Origin: Marinilabiliales bacterium
Lineage (GTDB): Bacteria > Bacteroidota > Bacteroidia > Bacteroidales > SZUA-534
DNA: 64,000 nucleotides
NCBI GenBank assembly: GCA_003512955.1
Contig: DOTG01000043.1
Span: 5,564 to 69,563, forward strand
Direction of reading: 5' to 3'
Shown here: positions 59,833 to 64,000 of the stretch, piece after piece
Position numbering within the stretch: the stretch's first letter is position 1
How the letters are laid out: each line of letters begins with the position of its first letter
Translations under genes and position numbers: made by a program
The notes under the pieces: generated by a model
The model's input: the letters and a program-made list of their open reading frames with translations, nothing else
Database searches by the model: none
What the model was told of the DNA's origin: nothing

Positions 59833-60885
59833 ATGATTAACGTACTTATTGTAGAAGATTCACCTGTAATGCAGCAGTTGCTTGCATACACGATTTCTTC
59901 CGATCCGTCTCTAAATATTGTTGGAATTGTTGATGATGGGGAAAAAGCCATTGAGGCGGTTAAAAAATATCGCCCCGATATAATAGCGATGGATTTGCAT
60001 ATGCCAAAGCTAGATGGGCGGCAAGCAACGCGGTTAATAATGGCGACAAATCCAACACCAATTGTTATTATTTCCGGTAGTTCAACTTCGCATGATGTGG
60101 CTTTCACATTCAAATTGATTGAAGATGGCGCTCTAGCCATAATTAAAAAGCCTCCAGGCATAGATGACCCTGAATTTAAAAAAGAGGCACAACAACTTGT
60201 AACGACATTAAAACTAATGTCTGAAGTTAAATTGGTCAAACGTATTCCCTATCCTTCAAAAAGCAAATCTTCGCATCAGCCCTTAATTGGAGGGAAGATT
60301 AGCAAACAATCAGAAATTCAGATTGTTGCTATTGGTGCTTCCACGGGTGGTCCCCTCGTATTACAAAAAATCCTTTCCGGGCTGCCTAACGGTATTCCTT
60401 TCCCCATATTAATCGTTCAGCACATTTCACCGGGTTTCACTGAGGGCTTTACCGAATGGCTTAGCAATACAACAAACTTTCCTTTACATATAGCTGCTCA
60501 TGGCGAAGTTCCCGTCGCGGGACACGGTTATATAGCACCTGATAATTTTCATATGGGCGTTGAAGAAGGACCCAGGATTGTGCTTAGCAACCACGGACTG
60601 GAAAATGGGTTACGGCCATCGGTTGCATACCTTTTTCGGACTACCGCAAAAGTTTTCAGTTCCAACGCTGTTGGGATATTACTAACTGGAATGGGACACG
60701 ATGGTGCTGAAGAGTTGAAAATAATGAAAGAATGCGGGGCAATAACCTTTGCGCAGGATAAAGAAAGCTCCGTTGTGCACGGTATGCCCGGCGAAGCAAT
60801 AAAACTAAATGCGGCAACGCATATTCTAACTCCAGAAGGTATAATAAAAACATTAACTGCATTGATAAAAGTGAGGGAGGAATAA
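59833..60885 (+). CDS. cheB: CheB methylesterase response regulator (WspF-like)
   Basis: REC domain; catalytic GASTGG, VQHI and LTGMGHDGA motifs intact. Confidence 0.95.
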   Translation: MINVLIVEDSPVMQQLLAYTISSDPSLNIVGIVDDGEKAIEAVKKYRPDIIAMDLHMPKLDGRQATRLIMATNPTPIVIISGSSTSHDVAFTFKLIEDGALAIIKKPPGIDDPEFKKEAQQLVTTLKLMSEVKLVKRIPYPSKSKSSHQPLIGGKISKQSEIQIVAIGASTGGPLVLQKILSGLPNGIPFPILIVQHISPGFTEGFTEWLSNTTNFPLHIAAHGEVPVAGHGYIAPDNFHMGVEEGPRIVLSNHGLENGLRPSVAYLFRTTAKVFSSNAVGILLTGMGHDGAEELKIMKECGAITFAQDKESSVVHGMPGEAIKLNAATHILTPEGIIKTLTALIKVREE

Positions 60886-60887
60886 TT

Positions 60888-62297
60888 ATGAAGAACACTA
60901 AAAATTCAGGAAATGATGTGGATTATATCTTAATTGTTGAAGATAGCCCAACTCAAGCTGAACAGTTACAGCATCTCATTAATAATCATAATTATAAAAC
61001 TGTAGTGGCAAAAAATGGGAAAACCGCCCTTTCTGTTATCCAGCAAAATAAACCATCTTTAGTTATCAGCGATATTATGATGCCTGAAATGAATGGTTAT
61101 GAACTCTGCAAAGAAATCAAATCAGATGAAACCACTATGGACATCCCTGTCATACTGCTCACCTCCCTTACCCGCTCCGAGGATGTCCTTGAAGGTATTT
61201 CTTGCGGTGCCGATAATTTTATCACTAAACCTTATCGTAACGATTACTTGATCTCACATGTTGAGCAAATCCTTGTAAATAGAAACATCCAAAAAAGTGA
61301 GAGGATCAGAGTGGGGGTGGAAATTGTTTTTGGCGGTAAACGGCGTTTTATCACATCCACACAGCAGCAGATGCTTACCCTGCTCATTTCAACTTATGAG
61401 GCTGCTGTCCAGAGAAACAATGAGCTAATGCAGACACAAGATGAACTGCTAACGTTGAACGAGCACCTGGAAAGCATTGTAAACGAAAGAACCAAAGAGC
61501 TTTTAGATGAGATATCTGTTCGTAAACATGCTGAAGAAGAAATAAAAAAACTCAACGAATCATTGGAACAACGTGTTATTCAACGCACAGAACAACTTGA
61601 AGCAGTTAACAAGGAGCTGGAGGCTTTTTCATATTCAGTTTCACATGATTTGCGGACCCCCTTACGCCATATCAATGGGTATATTGGCCTTTTCCTTGAA
61701 AACAGATCGTCGCAGCTAACCGAAGAGGAACTTGGTTATCTTACTGTTGTATCAGATTCTGCGGTAGAGATGAGCCACCTGATTGATGCCCTGCTCTCTT
61801 TTTCAAGGCTGAACCATACGAACCTGCTGAAAACCCCGATTAATACCTCACGGTTAATTAACCAGGGGTTACAGCTTTTCGAGGATGAAATTAAGGAACG
61901 GGGCATTGCTATTAAGATTGAACCGCTCCCGGAAACTTTTGGCGACTACCAGCTCATGCACCAGGTCTGGACTAATTTTTTATCAAATGCTATTAAATAC
62001 ACCAGCAAGAAAACCCAACCCGTTATTGAAATAGGAAGCTATACCAAAAACAACGAAACGGTTTTCTTCATAAAGGACAATGGTGCCGGATTTGACATGC
62101 AATATGCTGACAAGCTGTTCGGTGTTTTTCAACGCTTGCACAGCCAAAACGAATTTGAAGGAATAGGTATAGGGTTGGCAAATGTAAACCGGATTATCAA
62201 TCGCCACAATGGCCGTTGCTGGGCTCAAGGCGAAATTGACGGTGGGGCCACTTTTTATTTCAGCCTGCCTAGTGAGACAGTTGTTTCAAGTTCCTAA
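60888..62297 (+). CDS. Receiver-histidine kinase (REC, coiled coil, HisKA, HATPase); probable output of the chemosensory cluster
   Basis: EDSPTQ..SDIMMPEMNG; FSYSVSHDLRTPL; NFLSNAIKY; DNGAGF; GIGLA. Confidence 0.92.
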   Translation: MKNTKNSGNDVDYILIVEDSPTQAEQLQHLINNHNYKTVVAKNGKTALSVIQQNKPSLVISDIMMPEMNGYELCKEIKSDETTMDIPVILLTSLTRSEDVLEGISCGADNFITKPYRNDYLISHVEQILVNRNIQKSERIRVGVEIVFGGKRRFITSTQQQMLTLLISTYEAAVQRNNELMQTQDELLTLNEHLESIVNERTKELLDEISVRKHAEEEIKKLNESLEQRVIQRTEQLEAVNKELEAFSYSVSHDLRTPLRHINGYIGLFLENRSSQLTEEELGYLTVVSDSAVEMSHLIDALLSFSRLNHTNLLKTPINTSRLINQGLQLFEDEIKERGIAIKIEPLPETFGDYQLMHQVWTNFLSNAIKYTSKKTQPVIEIGSYTKNNETVFFIKDNGAGFDMQYADKLFGVFQRLHSQNEFEGIGIGLANVNRIINRHNGRCWAQGEIDGGATFYFSLPSETVVSSS

Positions 62298-62356
62298 AAT
62301 ACAATGATTGCGGGCGAATCACCCATCAGTTCATTTCGATTTTTTTACAAGCCATT

Positions 62357-62413
62357 ACCGACCGGAGGAAGCTCAGCGAAGCTAAACCCGCTTTGGGTAT
62401 AACCATGTTAAGG
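62357..62413 (-). other. Truncated attC-like site homologous to 18855-19012
   Basis: Minus strand CCTTAAC..TATACCCAAAGCGGGTTTAGCTTCGCTGAGCTTCCTCCGGTCGGT; 39/45 identity to 18868-18912. Confidence 0.55.
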
Positions 62414-62497
62414 GTATATACCTTTTTAATATTGATTATCAATTCCCATAATAGTCATTAATAAAAAACCGAGGCATTTTGAATAATCCGGGTATGG

Positions 62498-62634
62498 TTA
62501 CAACGTTTGATGGCATCACCTGTCTATATCGGCAAAAAGGTTATTTAAAGATACCAAAGGATTTTATCGGGGGTAAAAAAATATGCTTTAGCGTGCCGTT
62601 GTGTCCGCCCGTTTAAGGCAATGCGTTGTTAGTG
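62498..62634 (-). other. Degenerate attC-like site overlapping the VOC stop codon
   Basis: Minus strand CACTAAC (contains the TAA stop)...GCATTGCC...GGTGATGC...GTTGTAA; CCACTAACA is identical to the start of the 63194-63325 site. Confidence 0.5.
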
Positions 62635-63153
62635 GTTGCCTTTATTTTCAGCAGGCTCCCATAGTTCAATCTTGTTGCCTTCCATGTCCATAATATGTAC
62701 AAATTTTCCATAGTCGTAAGCCGTAATACTGTCAAGTATAGTTGCTCCGTTTTCTTTGAGTTTGTTTACAAGTCCTTCAATGTTCTGAACTTGGTAATTA
62801 ATCATAAAATCTTTTTTGGACGGGGAAAAATATTCATCCCCTTTTTTGAAAGGAACCCATTGGAGAGAGTTTATCTCGTCAGGTCTGTTAATGTTTCTGG
62901 ATTCAAAACTCGACGAACCCCATTCATTGATTTCAAGGCCTAAGTTTTTGGCATACCATTCTTTCGTTTCCTGCGGATTGTCTGAGAAAAAGAAAATGCC
63001 GCCAATTCCTGTCACCTTCGGTGTTGTGTCAACAGGCGAGGTTGAGTTGTCTGTTTGATTTTTTTGGTCTTCCATATTGTTTGTTTTTTTAGTTACCGCA
63101 CCACAGCTTGCAAGAAGTGTTACTAGCAAAATTATTGTCAATAATCTTTTCAT
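62629..63153 (-). CDS. VOC/glyoxalase-bleomycin resistance family protein with lipoprotein signal
   Basis: LLASC lipobox; KVTGIGGIFF, FMINYQV, YGKF...DMEGNKIELWEP. Confidence 0.9.
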   Translation of the reverse strand: MKRLLTIILLVTLLASCGAVTKKTNNMEDQKNQTDNSTSPVDTTPKVTGIGGIFFFSDNPQETKEWYAKNLGLEINEWGSSSFESRNINRPDEINSLQWVPFKKGDEYFSPSKKDFMINYQVQNIEGLVNKLKENGATILDSITAYDYGKFVHIMDMEGNKIELWEPAENKGNH

Positions 63154-63193
63154 CTTGTTCTATTTTTTTATTTATATGTGTTCTTTAAATTGG

Positions 63194-63325
63194 TGTTAAC
63201 GGTAAATTGTATGAGTAGTGGCAGAGTGCGTGGTACTTTCCTGTCAAACCGCTACGCAGTTCGAGCGGGCTACAAACCTTGATATTTACCACATCGCCTG
63301 CCATTACTTATACAAAATGTTAGTG
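63194..63325 (-). other. attC-like recombination site (well-formed long hairpin)
   Basis: Minus strand CACTAAC...GTTAACA ends; 16/18 inverted repeat at 63207-63224 and 63298-63315; inner GTGGTA/TACCAC and CCGCT/AGCGG pairs. Confidence 0.7.
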
Positions 63326-63339
63326 GCTGGGCTTTCTCA

Positions 63340-64000
63340 TTAGATCAGTTCAAATTTATATATTTCTAATTCCTGACCATTTATAATAATTGAAAGTTTA
63401 TGAGTACCTCTATAATATCTTTTTGTTGTTATTACTTTAAAATTATGCTTTCTTAGTATCTGTCTTTTATCATTTTGACGGATTTGACTTTCACTTATTT
63501 TAAATACCTTTTTAGATAATTGACCATTTAGCTTCAAAAAATATACTGCGTATTCAAGCCTGACGGTTTGAGTATCATTAACCATGTTTTTTAATGAAAA
63601 CTCAAATTCCAAATTATTTCCAATTTGCACTTTTGGTGTTAATAATTTTAAAATCTGTTAACTGAAATGTATCACTACAATCAAATCCGAAAAGTTCCAA
63701 AATATCAGGGTTTCCTTGTTTTAATAATGTCCTGCAACCATGTTTTACAACGGCATCAGTTTCCTTACTTATTCCTTTCCATTTCTTTGCTAATTTGATT
63801 ACAATTTGCGGATTATCTTTTGCAATGTCGTTCAGATTGTTTGCCACACTGCGTCTTATATATTCAGATGTGTCGTTTTTCAGATTTTCCAGAATTGGCA
63901 ATATGTAACTTGGATTTGTTTTGAACTCAGGCAGAGCAATAGCCCAGGGTAACCGGGGGCGTGATCCCTCACTGGCCAGTCGTCTTACATAATGATTTTT
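63340..64000 (-). pseudogene. AlkC-like DNA alkylation repair protein, frameshifted near 63640; 5' end outside window
   Basis: RRLASEGSRPRLPW, YIRRSVANNLNDIAKD and KHGCRTLLKQG in one frame; Ig-like C-terminus (RLEYAVYFLK...KKVFK, TTKRYY.G.H) in another frame. Confidence 0.8.

Noticed and set aside
1051-60239. Numerous 60-200 aa ORFs overlapping real genes (for example 1517-1957, 20537-21100, 45690-46289, 56891-57385)
   Set aside because: They are antisense or alternate-frame shadows of well-supported genes and show no recognisable motifs.
1-64000. CRISPR array, rRNA, tRNA or transposase genes
   Set aside because: I found no regularly spaced repeat-spacer units, cloverleaf motifs, rRNA signatures or DDE/HUH ORFs by eye.

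Overview
64 kb of a Bacteroidota chromosome, probably Bacteroidales/Marinilabiliales-like (TAnnTTTG promoter elements, Bacteroidota-type fbaA, gltX, recQ, gpsA-pgi). Most of it is housekeeping: fbaA, gltBD, gltX, dps, gpsA, pgi, a CoA transferase, a WcaJ-like transferase, kdsD, recQ, glnA-type GS, pcm, lolC/E-like permease, mgtE, rsmA. It also carries a TetR-TolC-HlyD-ABC efflux operon and an accessory block at about 14.9-22 kb. Four things stand out. (1) A four-helix-bundle (IVS/Avd-like) gene sits inside the efflux operon between inverted arrays of 7-bp repeats that could loop it out of the mRNA, and empty or half-site versions of such arrays occur at other gene junctions. (2) Integron attC-like hairpins separate small cassette-like genes at 62.3-64 kb, with a homologous site at 18.9 kb and no integrase in the window. 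(3) A complete Wsp/ACF-type chemosensory operon (cheW-cheR-TPR-cheW-mcp-cheA-REC-cheB) has a REC-histidine kinase as its apparent output. (4) There are two families of MITE-like elements. I saw no rRNA, tRNA, CRISPR array or transposase. All alignments and match counts were done by eye and no database search was run, so novelty is not established.
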